A stretch of DNA of 50,316 bases from a virus (Duplodnaviria; Caudoviricetes): the IMG/VR virus record IMGVR_UViG_3300032246_001342, positions 1-50,316 of that record; one strand, given 5' to 3'. Shown here in pieces: positions 27,438 to 37,182 of this stretch. Every line of letters starts with the position of its first letter. The stretch's first letter is position 1. Under the pieces are notes generated by a model that ran no database searches, was not told where the DNA came from, and worked only from the letters and a program-made list of their open reading frames with translations. The translations under genes were made by a program, and so were the position numbers.

Positions 27438-27703
27438 GATTCGAGTTCCTTTATTTGTTCCGCCAACGTTTCGACCGTTCGTTTCAATTTGGCGACGGAT
27501 TTTGGTCGTTTGGGAGCCGACGTTCGCGATTTCATGTAAGCGCGAAACGCGGTCGATTCGACCCGAATCGCGTTTCGGGCGAGTCGAGTGATACCGATTT
27601 CGTGGGCGATTTCGTAAGCGACCGTGCGGGAAACTTGCGCCAATCGTGCGATATCTTCAACGGTCAAATATTCCGGCGCGGTCGTGTCGATGATGATGTC
27701 CAT
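27434..27703 (-). CDS. Excisionase-type (HTH_17-like) DNA-binding protein
   Basis: YLTVEDIARLAQVSRTVAYEI...AIRV. Confidence 0.75.
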   Translation of the reverse strand: MDIIIDTTAPEYLTVEDIARLAQVSRTVAYEIAHEIGITRLARNAIRVESTAFRAYMKSRTSAPKRPKSVAKLKRTVETLAEQIKELES

Positions 27704-27705
27704 GT

Positions 27706-28212
27706 TTATTTGGCCCGCTTGTTCCGGGCGTTTTTGGGCGGCGTGGCAACCCGCAACCGATAGGCGTCGCGGGCGAATCGCATGATGCAAAACGCTTCCG
27801 CTTGGTTGTGGTCGGTGATGTGTGGCGCGGTGATCCGGCAATACCAAAGGGCCTTGGCTTTCCAATCTTCGCCCGGCGCATTGGCGAGGACCATTTTCCG
27901 CCATGCGTCAGGATCGACGAACCCGGTTTTCGATCCGACCAACACGGTCCGGCGAGGGTACGCGCGGCGAATCCGATCCATCCAAAGACGAGACGCCGAC
28001 CGAACAACGTGGTTTGAACCTCGGTACATCCGCGTCGGGCATTCGATGCAAACGACCACTCGGTCGGCGTCCCATTCTTCAAACGGCAACCCGCCCACCT
28101 CGTCGATCCGAGCGGTTCCGAACACCATCCGGTCGCCAAGATCGACGCAATACCCGCCCGCTTGCGCGGACGGGTCGATTCCGATGATTGCGAGCGGGCG
28201 GCGTGGTTTCAT
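27706..28212 (-). CDS. RuvC-like Holliday junction resolvase
   Basis: IIGIDPS, VCIE, WRK, DHNQAEAFCI. Confidence 0.75.
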   Translation of the reverse strand: MKPRRPLAIIGIDPSAQAGGYCVDLGDRMVFGTARIDEVGGLPFEEWDADRVVVCIECPTRMYRGSNHVVRSASRLWMDRIRRAYPRRTVLVGSKTGFVDPDAWRKMVLANAPGEDWKAKALWYCRITAPHITDHNQAEAFCIMRFARDAYRLRVATPPKNARNKRAK

Positions 28213-29702
28213 GGGATCAACGTACCTTGTGGGTTCTCGGCTTCGGCGATGGCGAGGTCGATGGAATCATCGTTCGCATCCGTGAGGAATTCAATCACCA
28301 TCGCGGCCCAACCCGAAGTGTTGACCGGGACACCAAACGCCGTTGCAAGGGCGACGCCGAATTTTTCCACGAGTTCGCCTTCGATGCGTCGGCGGTTGAA
28401 TTTGGCGGCGAGCAATTTGGTTTGGCCTTCCGATTGCGGATTGTCGAATTGTCGCGGGATCGGCATTTTGGAAACCTTGAATCCGAACGCCGTGTCCGTC
28501 GGTTCCGATTTGGGCGTTTCGCTTTGATGGCGCGCATACGTCCCGATTTGTTCGGCGACGGCGTCCGATTCGACAACGAGCAACACCGGTTCGGTTGGCG
28601 CGATTGGCGCGGTTGGCGGCGCATCGTCCGCACCTTCGACCGTGCCATCGGCTTTGGTCACGACACCGTTCGCGACGGCGACGTATGTCGGCTCGGCGGG
28701 TTCGGCTCCGGTGTTTTCACCATCGGGCAATTCAGGATCGGCGGGTTCGGCGTTTCCGACGAGCGCGACAACTTCCGCCGGTTTGGTGATCCCGCGCGTT
28801 TTGGCTTCCAAAACCACAAAACACCAATTCAATTCGTGGGCCTTCGATTGCGATTTCAACACCTCGAATTGCTCTTTCGTGAATTCGCATGTGTGCTTCA
28901 AATATGCCGTCGCGTCCTCCTGTTCCGTTTGCGTTGGCATGGTCGGCAATTTCCGGTCGAGGTACGACGTTTGCTTCATCGTGACCGCTGGTTCGGTTTG
29001 GCCCGAATTGAGCCAATCGACGATCTGGCGACCGAGTTTTGCCGTCGGTTTGTGAACAACCGCGCCGCCAAGAAACGCCATTCGCGTTTTCGAAACGATG
29101 AAATTGTTGTCGGCGTCCATGTCGCCAACCAAATCGAATTCGAACTCGATTCCTTCACGTTGAACCGGCGCGAGTCCGAGTTTTTGAACGGACGTTTTAC
29201 CTTTGTCGTCCTTCGTGACCTCGTACGCGGTCTTCGTTCGCATGGTGACGATCAAATGAGCCGGAAGGTCAAGGAGGGCGTTTACCAACCGATTGTGCAT
29301 CGGCGTAACTTCTCGCCATGCGTTGAACGATCCGCCGGATTGGTTGCGTTTCGCGAGTTTGTCGATCTGTTCGAGTGCGCCTTCATGTCCCATCCATGCG
29401 TGAGACAAAGAATCGACGATGACCGCGCCATATCCCTCGGACGCCGCCAATTCCAACGCCTGAACGTACGTGTCCGGGTTGTGATCAGGCAATTTCAAAT
29501 GGTCGATCCGGTCGTCTTGGTTGAAAATGTCCGCGTACCGGTCCGCCGATCCGCGTTCGGAGTCGATCACGAGGATTCGGCCCGGCGTGATTTCGCGGGC
29601 GATGGTCGTCGCCGTGTACGTTTTGCCGGACCCGGTTGGACCGACGAGGGCGATTCGTGCTTTGACCTTGGTTTTGGTCAATTTTTGAATGGTGAGTTTC
29701 AT
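28209..29702 (-). CDS. Sak4-like AAA ATPase (single-strand annealing) with long acidic C-terminal extension
   Basis: GPTGSGKT, IDSERGSA, IVDSLSHAW, TMRTK, QREGIEFEFD, SKTR. Confidence 0.85.
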   Translation of the reverse strand: MKLTIQKLTKTKVKARIALVGPTGSGKTYTATTIAREITPGRILVIDSERGSADRYADIFNQDDRIDHLKLPDHNPDTYVQALELAASEGYGAVIVDSLSHAWMGHEGALEQIDKLAKRNQSGGSFNAWREVTPMHNRLVNALLDLPAHLIVTMRTKTAYEVTKDDKGKTSVQKLGLAPVQREGIEFEFDLVGDMDADNNFIVSKTRMAFLGGAVVHKPTAKLGRQIVDWLNSGQTEPAVTMKQTSYLDRKLPTMPTQTEQEDATAYLKHTCEFTKEQFEVLKSQSKAHELNWCFVVLEAKTRGITKPAEVVALVGNAEPADPELPDGENTGAEPAEPTYVAVANGVVTKADGTVEGADDAPPTAPIAPTEPVLLVVESDAVAEQIGTYARHQSETPKSEPTDTAFGFKVSKMPIPRQFDNPQSEGQTKLLAAKFNRRRIEGELVEKFGVALATAFGVPVNTSGWAAMVIEFLTDANDDSIDLAIAEAENPQGTLIP

Positions 29703-29776
29703 TTGTGGGTTTGCTCCGCAATCCGCCGGACCATGTCCCGACGTCGCATCGCCACGATACCACATCGTCCGGCCTG

Positions 29777-29812
29777 TTGACAAGCAATTCGCGGACGATG
29801 TATGATGTTCGC
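29777..29812 (+). promoter_or_regulatory. Sigma70-type promoter without the palindromic operator
   Basis: TTGACA-18-TATGAT, ATG 6 nt downstream (29813). Confidence 0.65.
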
Positions 29813-30127
29813 ATGGCCCACAATGCCGGTTGGAATTTTGTCGATAAGGACGGCGACGAGGTCGTTTTGCAAGGTACCGAAGGTCGTCCGGTGTATTACA
29901 AAGCGAGCGACGCGCGTGGTTGGATGCATTGTTATTCAATTGTCCCGGACCAAAAAGGCCGGTATTGGGTTTGGACGTACAAGCCAGTCGGCAAAGGCGC
30001 ACGGAAGGGCGGATCGCGCGAATACATGATCGTCAAACCGCGATGGTTTCGCATCCGGCGCAAGGCCAAAAATTGCGCCGAACACCGGCTCGGATTGTTG
30101 CGGACGCCATACGAGGATCACCGATGA
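29813..30127 (+). CDS. Hypothetical basic protein
   Basis: First gene after the divergent promoter. Confidence 0.6.
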   Translation: MAHNAGWNFVDKDGDEVVLQGTEGRPVYYKASDARGWMHCYSIVPDQKGRYWVWTYKPVGKGARKGGSREYMIVKPRWFRIRRKAKNCAEHRLGLLRTPYEDHR

Positions 30128-30429
30128 ACGCCATCGCCGCCGCCGCCATCGCTTCCGGCGTGACATTTGTCGCCATGTGGATTCGTTCGGTCGCGTTGCT
30201 TTGCCGCCTTCGCGAATCGGCATTGGAAGCCATGCAAGCCGACGAATACGCCGACCGATGCAATAAGGCCCGACGCGCGTCGAATCGCGAAAACGTGCGG
30301 TTGCATCGGTTGAACGACCACCTCGTGCGGATCGCCGAGGAATCGGTCGGTCGAATCCCGGACCAAATCGTCGCCGCGTCGCTTTACGCCGACATTGAAC
30401 GCGCCACGGCGCGGGAGTTCACCGAATAA
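30124..30429 (+). CDS. Hypothetical protein with N-terminal hydrophobic helix
   Basis: SD GAGG, ATGA overlap. Confidence 0.6.
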   Translation: MNAIAAAAIASGVTFVAMWIRSVALLCRLRESALEAMQADEYADRCNKARRASNRENVRLHRLNDHLVRIAEESVGRIPDQIVAASLYADIERATAREFTE

Positions 30430-30768
30430 ATGACACCGCGAGGATTTCGGGATTTGTGCATCGCGCATCACAAGGCGCGCGCCGAAGCGGGCGACGTGAA
30501 TCCGTTGTTCTCGCCGGGTGAATCATTCGCCTTTGACCTCTTTCGGACGGTCCGTGACCAACCGAAATCGCCACTCCGAACGGTCCTCGCGACCGTTCTC
30601 GACCCTGATCAAACGCAAACCGCCCTCGACGTTGTTCGATGTCGGGTTGCCGCCCTTGAACTCGCGGGAACATGCGACCGCGACATTCTCGACGATTGGC
30701 ACGGCGTGGAATCCACGCTCGCCGCTTTGCATGAACTCTTAACCGGATGCCCGGAGCAAACACAATGA
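30430..30768 (+). CDS. Hypothetical protein
   Basis: Abuts both neighbours. Confidence 0.6.
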   Translation: MTPRGFRDLCIAHHKARAEAGDVNPLFSPGESFAFDLFRTVRDQPKSPLRTVLATVLDPDQTQTALDVVRCRVAALELAGTCDRDILDDWHGVESTLAALHELLTGCPEQTQ

Positions 30769-31220
30769 GCAACACACAAGACGACAACGGCGCGCCGAAA
30801 GGCCCGACCCAAGAACAAATCGACGAATCCATCGCGCGCCTTGCGATGGCAGGGAACACCGAAGAAGGACCGTCCGCCGAAACCATTTCGTCGGTCGAAG
30901 ACCACATCATCGACGCCGTGAACCTCGTCGGACCGACGATTTTCCTCCAATTGGTCGCGGGAATGCTTGGGACCGCTCTCCAAAGCGCGTACGCCTCCAT
31001 CAACCAACAAGCGGCGGACGCCGATCCGCGTGATGTCCAATTGATGATCGCGAAAGCAAACCAATTTGGACACGCCTCGAACGTGATCGGCGTCGCCGCG
31101 TCGATCCTTGACGGTATGGGTTTGATGCTCCACAAAACGGCAAACCCGACGCCCGAATCGGGATCGGTCAACATCCCGGTCGAAACCGACGAGGACACGA
31201 CGCCGGAGGTTCAAAACTAA
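30765..31220 (+). CDS. Hypothetical protein
   Basis: SD GGAG, ATGA overlap. Confidence 0.65.
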   Translation: MSNTQDDNGAPKGPTQEQIDESIARLAMAGNTEEGPSAETISSVEDHIIDAVNLVGPTIFLQLVAGMLGTALQSAYASINQQAADADPRDVQLMIAKANQFGHASNVIGVAASILDGMGLMLHKTANPTPESGSVNIPVETDEDTTPEVQN

Positions 31221-31226
31221 ATCGAC

Positions 31227-31937
31227 ATGGACAACAACGGGACCGAACAAGCACCAATGCCGCCGGACCCGGTGTTCGATGCCGCCGCAGACCAAGCGGC
31301 GGCAACCATCGAAACCGAGGAAGCGCGCGCGACCGTCGAAATCGACGGCGAACTCTATTTCGAAGACACGGGCGAATATGCCGGACCGATCAAAGGTTCC
31401 GGGTTTTTGCCGGAAATCCTCGAATCGCCCGAACATGTCGAATTGTTCATGGAACGCCTTCTCGAAGCCGAAGCCATGACCGCCGCCGAAGAATTGCGGT
31501 TGAAAGCCATCATCGCAAACGCCGACCGAATCCTCAAACGGAAAGCGTCCAAAGTGTCGTGGCTCCGCCGGGTGTTCGGACCGCAAGCCGAAGCCATCAT
31601 CCTCGCGTCGTTGCCACGCAAAAAGGACGGCGAACTCAAAATCAAAACGTGGACATGCCCGTATGGAACCATCGGGTTCACGGCAAAACAAGCCGCGTTG
31701 AAGGTCGATAAAGACGGCGAAACCAAGGCCATCGAATACGCCCAATACAACGGGTTCGATGCTTGCATCAAAACGGAACAATCGTTCCTTATTTCCAACC
31801 TCCCGAAGGACGTCAAAGCGTCGTTCATCGAAGAACCCATCGCCGCCGCCGCCCACGGGTTCGTGGTGACGCCTTCCCATTTGCAACCGAAGATCGCGAC
31901 AGGAATCAAAAATGCCAGTAAATCCGACGACGAATGA
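31227..31937 (+). CDS. Mu Gam/gp157-like DNA end-protection protein
   Basis: Long helix then KTWTCPYGTIGF, K-I-K-TE pattern. Confidence 0.6.
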   Translation: MDNNGTEQAPMPPDPVFDAAADQAAATIETEEARATVEIDGELYFEDTGEYAGPIKGSGFLPEILESPEHVELFMERLLEAEAMTAAEELRLKAIIANADRILKRKASKVSWLRRVFGPQAEAIILASLPRKKDGELKIKTWTCPYGTIGFTAKQAALKVDKDGETKAIEYAQYNGFDACIKTEQSFLISNLPKDVKASFIEEPIAAAAHGFVVTPSHLQPKIATGIKNASKSDDE

Positions 31938-33615
31938 AACGCAATTGACGTTGATCCAAGAATTCGACTTGAAGGTCGGGAAATCGCTCGTCGGCGCGCT
32001 CCCGCTTCGCGTGTCGGATGATTGGGTCAGCAACGGCGTATGGGCGGTCAAACGACGGCGCGTGTCCAACCAAACGATCTTTACTTGCCAATGTTGCCTT
32101 CACCGGGACACCGGTCAACATTTCCTCACGCCGTTTGAAGATTACGCGGTCGAAGCCTTGTTCCCGGTCGATGCGGTCATGGAACGTTGGGTCAAAACCG
32201 AACACATCATCGAAACGGCGGGTGTTGACTATGTTCGGTACCTTTCCGACGCCGGACAAGTGATGTACCTCCGGCGCGATTACGCCGAATCGCTTGGCCT
32301 CACGTACGTTTATGGCGACACGCCCGAACGTGGCGTGTGGGATGCCCGCGATTTGGACGACATGAGCATCGTCATTCCGGGACACCGGGAGCCGCAAAAC
32401 ATCCGGCTTCAACTCGCGGAATTACTCGAAGCTTCCACGGTTTCCGACCATGTCGAACCGGCTCCGCCGCGCGAAGAATGGGTCGATCCATTTGGGCCAG
32501 CCGACGAAAATCCTTTCCCAAACGGACTTCCAATTGTCGATGTTTCTTTGTCCCAATCGGAACAACCGGACCCGGAACCGATTCCCGAAACCACGCCGAC
32601 ACCGACACGCCGAAATCGCCGCGCCGCGCCATCCTACCGTGAACTCATGATTGGGCAATTGTCGCCCCAAGCGATGCGGGAATTTGCTCCGCAAGCCATC
32701 CGCACGAATGGTTGGTTCGACCTTCCATCGGAACATGCGGTTTACATTGAAGGGAACCCGGTCGCGCTCACGTCGTCGTCGGCGCGATTCCTCGAAATTC
32801 CGATCACGCCCGGTGTGTCGATCAATTCCGAACGTGTGTTGTCGGTCGAAATCGAAATCGGGCCTCGCATCCCGGCGGCGATGGACCAACCCGCCGTGAT
32901 CACCGGAATTCGAATTCGTTTGACTGGAAACCAATCGTTCACCGCAATAATCGAGCCGGACGGCAATTTCAATTCGGCTACGTTGCGCCCGTATTCATGG
33001 CGGACCGCCGGAGACGTGGAAGACGACGAGGTTTTACCGTTGGCGTCGGACACCGAGCGCGCAAATCAAGACGACATGCCGTTCGCCCGCCCGGTGATCC
33101 CGGATCAATGCGACCCAATCGAATTGTCGGACACCTTGTTCGAAAAACTCCGGGAATCGGCGGAGCGCGCCAACATGTCGGACCCGACAACATGGAAGGT
33201 CCACCGGGTGAACAATGTCCGCCTCGTGCCATTGGCATTGGACGACGCGCGCGGAATCGTGTTGTGTCTTCGGGCAACATCCGAAAACAACGCGCGCATC
33301 ATTGGAGGCGAGATTCGCCCGGTTCAATCAGGCGGATCGACGATGTGGGTTTCGTCGAACGCGGGCGCGTCGTTGTTCACATGCGACGCCGACGCCATCG
33401 CCACGCGCGATTGGACGATCAATGTCGATGGCACCGATTACCGGGCGACGTTCATCCCAAATTGGACCGATTCGACGCATTACGTGGTCGTGTACACCGG
33501 CGGTTCGCAATCGTCCGTTCGACACATCCCGCTCGCCGAACTCCCGGCAAACACAAACCCGGCGATTCAAACGTTGCTCGAGCGGATTGTTCGGGAGGTT
33601 GTGACCGGACAATAA
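31912..33615 (+). CDS. Large multidomain hypothetical protein
   Basis: 567 aa with Pro/Glu-rich linkers; followed by a terminator. Confidence 0.7.
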   Translation: MPVNPTTNETQLTLIQEFDLKVGKSLVGALPLRVSDDWVSNGVWAVKRRRVSNQTIFTCQCCLHRDTGQHFLTPFEDYAVEALFPVDAVMERWVKTEHIIETAGVDYVRYLSDAGQVMYLRRDYAESLGLTYVYGDTPERGVWDARDLDDMSIVIPGHREPQNIRLQLAELLEASTVSDHVEPAPPREEWVDPFGPADENPFPNGLPIVDVSLSQSEQPDPEPIPETTPTPTRRNRRAAPSYRELMIGQLSPQAMREFAPQAIRTNGWFDLPSEHAVYIEGNPVALTSSSARFLEIPITPGVSINSERVLSVEIEIGPRIPAAMDQPAVITGIRIRLTGNQSFTAIIEPDGNFNSATLRPYSWRTAGDVEDDEVLPLASDTERANQDDMPFARPVIPDQCDPIELSDTLFEKLRESAERANMSDPTTWKVHRVNNVRLVPLALDDARGIVLCLRATSENNARIIGGEIRPVQSGGSTMWVSSNAGASLFTCDADAIATRDWTINVDGTDYRATFIPNWTDSTHYVVVYTGGSQSSVRHIPLAELPANTNPAIQTLLERIVREVVTGQ

Positions 33616-33640
33616 ACGATCAGCGAATCACGGAATATTG

Positions 33641-33666
33641 GCCCGGTTTGACCGCCGGGTTTTTTT
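33641..33666 (+). terminator. Intrinsic terminator
   Basis: GCCCGG-loop-CCGGGT then T-tract. Confidence 0.7.
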
Positions 33667-33676
33667 GCTCGAAAGG

Positions 33677-33714
33677 TTGCCTCATGTTCCCATATCGTGT
33701 ACAATGTACACGTC
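33677..33714 (+). promoter_or_regulatory. Sigma70-type promoter with perfect operator palindrome
   Basis: TTGCCT-17-TACAAT; GTGTACAATGTACAC at 33697..33711; ATG at 33715. Confidence 0.8.
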
Positions 33715-34278
33715 ATGAACACAAACACGACCCATTTGTTGATCGCCGCCGCCATCGCACCATTGAAGCAATTCGCTATCGACCGCGCCGAAACCATGAT
33801 GCGCGCGCAAATCGAAAGGACCCTCGGCAAGATTGCCGAAGCCGACGACGATTTGAACGCCGTTTATCCGTATCCCGATTCGAAGGTGTCGCGCGAGAAG
33901 TATCGGTCGATGGAAAACGCCCACAATTTCGCGAGCAAGATCACGACGTACCATTCGAGCAAGAACCCGAACGGGTTTTCCCATTATCGCGGCCCAAAAT
34001 TCGTCGAGCGATGCGAAGACGGTATAGCTCGCGTGATTGAAGAGGTTCGCGACATGGCGGCGCAATCGTTCGAGGCGTATGCCGCAAAATTGACCGGCAA
34101 AATCGGCGACGGGATCACGTCCGCCGTGACGCATCAACGAGATTTATGGTACGACTCCGACCTCACGGTTGAACGAACCGACGGATCGGTCGAGGTGTGG
34201 AATACCAAGATCATCACGAATTATTCGAGGTATGGGTTGGCGTTCAACCAATTTCCAACCCGGAAAATGAAGCGGTGA
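33715..34278 (+). CDS. Hypothetical phage protein
   Basis: C-terminal WNTKIITNYSRYGLAFNQFPTR; has its own promoter. Confidence 0.7.
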   Translation: MNTNTTHLLIAAAIAPLKQFAIDRAETMMRAQIERTLGKIAEADDDLNAVYPYPDSKVSREKYRSMENAHNFASKITTYHSSKNPNGFSHYRGPKFVERCEDGIARVIEEVRDMAAQSFEAYAAKLTGKIGDGITSAVTHQRDLWYDSDLTVERTDGSVEVWNTKIITNYSRYGLAFNQFPTRKMKR

Positions 34279-34287
34279 ACGCCGCTT

Positions 34288-34680
34288 CTACGTCGTTTGG
34301 AACACGCCCTCGGCGACCACGCGAACACCACGACGACCACCGGGCGGCGAATACGGCGCGCCGCCCGTGGGCCAAACTTTGAGCGCGGTGAACAATTTGT
34401 CACCGACCGTAAGGGCCGCCGAATCCAATTCGGAAATCAAGAACCGAAGCACGGGCGAGGTTCCAGTCGGCGACGCAATCACACCGGACGAACTCGCCGC
34501 CGGATAAATCGACTTCGCCACGAGTGCGAGATTATCCGCATCGGAAAGGTTGCGTTTGATCATGAGGACCGCTTTGGACGGGACCGCCGAAGGTCGCCGG
34601 ATTTTGAATTCGATTGTTAACGCCGACCGGCAAGCGATCACGATTTCGGCGGTTTCCGTTCCGGGCGTTGCGGTGCTCAT
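34288..34680 (-). CDS. Tail-associated beta-sandwich protein
   Basis: Last gene of the tail module; ATGA overlap with the fibre gene. Confidence 0.5.
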   Translation of the reverse strand: MSTATPGTETAEIVIACRSALTIEFKIRRPSAVPSKAVLMIKRNLSDADNLALVAKSIYPAASSSGVIASPTGTSPVLRFLISELDSAALTVGDKLFTALKVWPTGGAPYSPPGGRRGVRVVAEGVFQTT

Positions 34681-37160
34681 ATCGTAAACCGTACCGTATC
34701 GCCCGGATCAATTTCGAAGGTGATTTTGCCTGTCACCAAATAGTCGAACGCGGAATCGAGGTTTGTCACGATTCGCATTTGAGCGGAGCCGCCCACACGG
34801 GCGACAATCCGACCGCTTGCCGATGCGCTCATGATCATGTTCGCTTGCGCGTTGGCTTGTTGGGAAGCAAAAAACGCCGAAGCGGTGACCGCCATGTTTG
34901 CCGCGCCCGCGCCGACGAGGGTCGCCCGGCTTCCCGACGCTCCCGTGAACGCCATCAATGCATCGCCCGCGCCCTGTGCGACCCGTACGCCGCCTGAAAG
35001 ACCGGTGACCGCCATATTTGCCGCGCCCGCGCCAAATTGAATCCGTGTGGAATCCGTGGACGCAAACATCGCCATCGTTGCCGCGCCCGCGCCGCGCTGG
35101 ATCAATTGACCGCCAGCCGAAGCGACCATCGCCATGATTGCCGTCCCGCCTTCTTGTTGGTAATCGACACCGTTCGCCGCCGCGACCATCGCCATGATTG
35201 CCGCGCCCGAACCGCCGATGATTTGACCGCCGGACGCCGATCCCGTGAGGGCCATTGTCGCCGCGCCCGCGCCGTTTGCCGTGCGGAGGGAATCGCCCGC
35301 CGTGGTGAGGGCCATTGTCGCCGCTCCACCCACTGCCGACCGCACGATCCCGGACGCCGATCCCGTGAGGACCATCGTCGCCGCCGCGCCTGAAACAAGG
35401 CCCGACGGGACGGCGGACGCCGTGAGTGCCATAAACGCGGGAGCGTTCGCCAATTTGACGACGGAGCCGGTCATAACCGCCGTCACCGCCATGTTTGCAA
35501 CCGCTGGGCTTGATTGGAATTTGACGCCGTTCGCGTTCGTGGTGAGGGCCAAATTTGCGCCCGCCGCGCCGTATTTGAAGGGCGTCCCGACGGCTTGCGC
35601 GGTGAGGGCCATATTTGCCGACCCGGTACCTTGGAGCGGCGACGTGGCGGACGCCGTGAGTGCCATCGCCGCCGCCGCGCCAACCTTCGCCGACCGAAAA
35701 CCGTCCGCCGCCGCCGTTAGAGCAAGGCCCGCGCCGCCGCTTGCCGCAAACGTCACTTTTGCCGACGCCGATCCGGTGAAAGCCATCACGGAATCGCCCG
35801 CGCCGAATTTTTGGACCAACGCGCCCGCTTGCGCGGTCATAACCATGAAGGCTTGGTATGTGGTTCCAACCTGCATGGATGCGACCATCGCCATCGCCGC
35901 CGATGCGCCGATCCGCATGTTGTGTTGGCTTCCCGATTGCGCGGTGAGGGCCATTTGAGCATCGCCGCCCGAGGTCCAATTTGTTCCGCCAGCCGGTACG
36001 GTGAAAGTGATTTCGACCGTGATTTGATCGACGCGACCGTATCCCGCAACCGGAACGCCGGTTCCGGTGAAATTGGCGACCGACAACGCAACGCCGAACC
36101 CGGCGTTTGTGATGTCGGCAACCGCCCACGATGCCGACCAAAGATCGGAGGTGCTTCCGTAAGACGCGACCGCGTCGGTTGTTACAGGCCAGTTCGTACC
36201 GGTTGCCGCCTTGTTCGTCGATTCAATCGTGGAAGCCCGCACAAGGGACAACACGGAATCACGGACGCCCGTCATGAACGACGGGTCGGTCGAACGTTCG
36301 ACGTTCACTTTGATTCCGTTGATGGTCGCGTTCGATGGCGGAAGGTCCGCCCCGGTGAGGCCGACGCCTTGGAGGTATGTCGAATATCCGCCGCCGCCGT
36401 TGTTGCCTTGCATCCCGGACGTAAGCGCGCGCGTGTCGTCCGATACTTGCGCGCTCGATTGACCGGTCCAACCAAACGTGTTCCCGGAGCGCGCAACGAC
36501 GCTCCATGTTGAAAGTTGGTATGTCCGAGTGTAGGTTCCCGGTCCCGGCGTAACGGTTCCGCTTGCCGATCCCGACATGGTCATGACGGCGTTGCCCGAC
36601 CCGGTCCAATTTTGCGGACCGCTCGGCGTGTAATCAATCACGACCTCGACGTAATCAATCGAAACGTATTCGCCGAAATCGTTCCCGTCGTCCGCGTAAA
36701 CCGAGACATCAAACCCAAAGCCGGTCGCGTTGACTTCGGCTTCGGTCCAAGTTGTGCTCCAAAGGTCCGTCGATCCGCCGCGCGAAAGAACCGTGTCTGT
36801 GGTCGGATAATTCGTTCCGGTGTCGGCCTTATCCGCGCCGACTTGCGAACCGGCCTTCACGATGCGGATCGACGAATCGCGCCCAGCGATCAAATTTGAT
36901 CCGCGTTTGGCTTCGAGTTTGAGTGTGATCCCGTTGATGGTCGCGCCGGTTGGGACCTTGCTCGACAATTCGCGAAGGTTCAACCATTGGGAATATCCGA
37001 CGTACCCGGACAAGATCGCCGGGTCACCGCTTCCGGTGCTTGGAAAGGTGCAATACGAATTGTCCGAAACGGCAACATTGGCAACCGCGCCGATCTTGCC
37101 TTGTTGCCCGGAACGGTCCGTTCGGCTTAATGTGACGAATGTTGTGGTGAGTGTTGCCAT
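34677..37160 (-). CDS. Tail fibre/adhesin with duplicated N-terminal domain and 20-aa repeat shaft
   Basis: Two copies of ATINGI...RDS...KAxTGTNxP...DLWS...GFG; about 19 GxAxMALT repeats. Confidence 0.7.
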   Translation of the reverse strand: MATLTTTFVTLSRTDRSGQQGKIGAVANVAVSDNSYCTFPSTGSGDPAILSGYVGYSQWLNLRELSSKVPTGATINGITLKLEAKRGSNLIAGRDSSIRIVKAGSQVGADKADTGTNYPTTDTVLSRGGSTDLWSTTWTEAEVNATGFGFDVSVYADDGNDFGEYVSIDYVEVVIDYTPSGPQNWTGSGNAVMTMSGSASGTVTPGPGTYTRTYQLSTWSVVARSGNTFGWTGQSSAQVSDDTRALTSGMQGNNGGGGYSTYLQGVGLTGADLPPSNATINGIKVNVERSTDPSFMTGVRDSVLSLVRASTIESTNKAATGTNWPVTTDAVASYGSTSDLWSASWAVADITNAGFGVALSVANFTGTGVPVAGYGRVDQITVEITFTVPAGGTNWTSGGDAQMALTAQSGSQHNMRIGASAAMAMVASMQVGTTYQAFMVMTAQAGALVQKFGAGDSVMAFTGSASAKVTFAASGGAGLALTAAADGFRSAKVGAAAAMALTASATSPLQGTGSANMALTAQAVGTPFKYGAAGANLALTTNANGVKFQSSPAVANMAVTAVMTGSVVKLANAPAFMALTASAVPSGLVSGAAATMVLTGSASGIVRSAVGGAATMALTTAGDSLRTANGAGAATMALTGSASGGQIIGGSGAAIMAMVAAANGVDYQQEGGTAIMAMVASAGGQLIQRGAGAATMAMFASTDSTRIQFGAGAANMAVTGLSGGVRVAQGAGDALMAFTGASGSRATLVGAGAANMAVTASAFFASQQANAQANMIMSASASGRIVARVGGSAQMRIVTNLDSAFDYLVTGKITFEIDPGDTVRFTI
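34880..35960 (-). repeat. Degenerate 60-bp coding tandem repeat
   Basis: (g/a)ccat motif recurs at an exact 60-bp period at 34891, 34951 ... 35371, then with small offsets to 35950. Confidence 0.9.
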
Positions 37161-37182
37161 TGTCGGACCGTGTTAAATTGAG

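Noticed and set aside
22736-34290. Stop-codon reassignment suggested by rare TAG and CAG
   Set aside because: TAG ends several genes at sensible positions (22736, 23936, 25668, 34288), conserved genes are intact in the standard code, and no suppressor tRNA is seen
34880-35960. 60-bp periodic repeats as a CRISPR array
   Set aside because: The repeats are degenerate at third codon positions, in frame within a CDS, and have no identical repeat plus unique spacer structure; no cas genes
35990-37160. Duplicated fibre domains as a DGR template/variable repeat pair
   Set aside because: Similarity is at protein level only, no adenine-specific pattern is visible, and there is no reverse transcriptase gene
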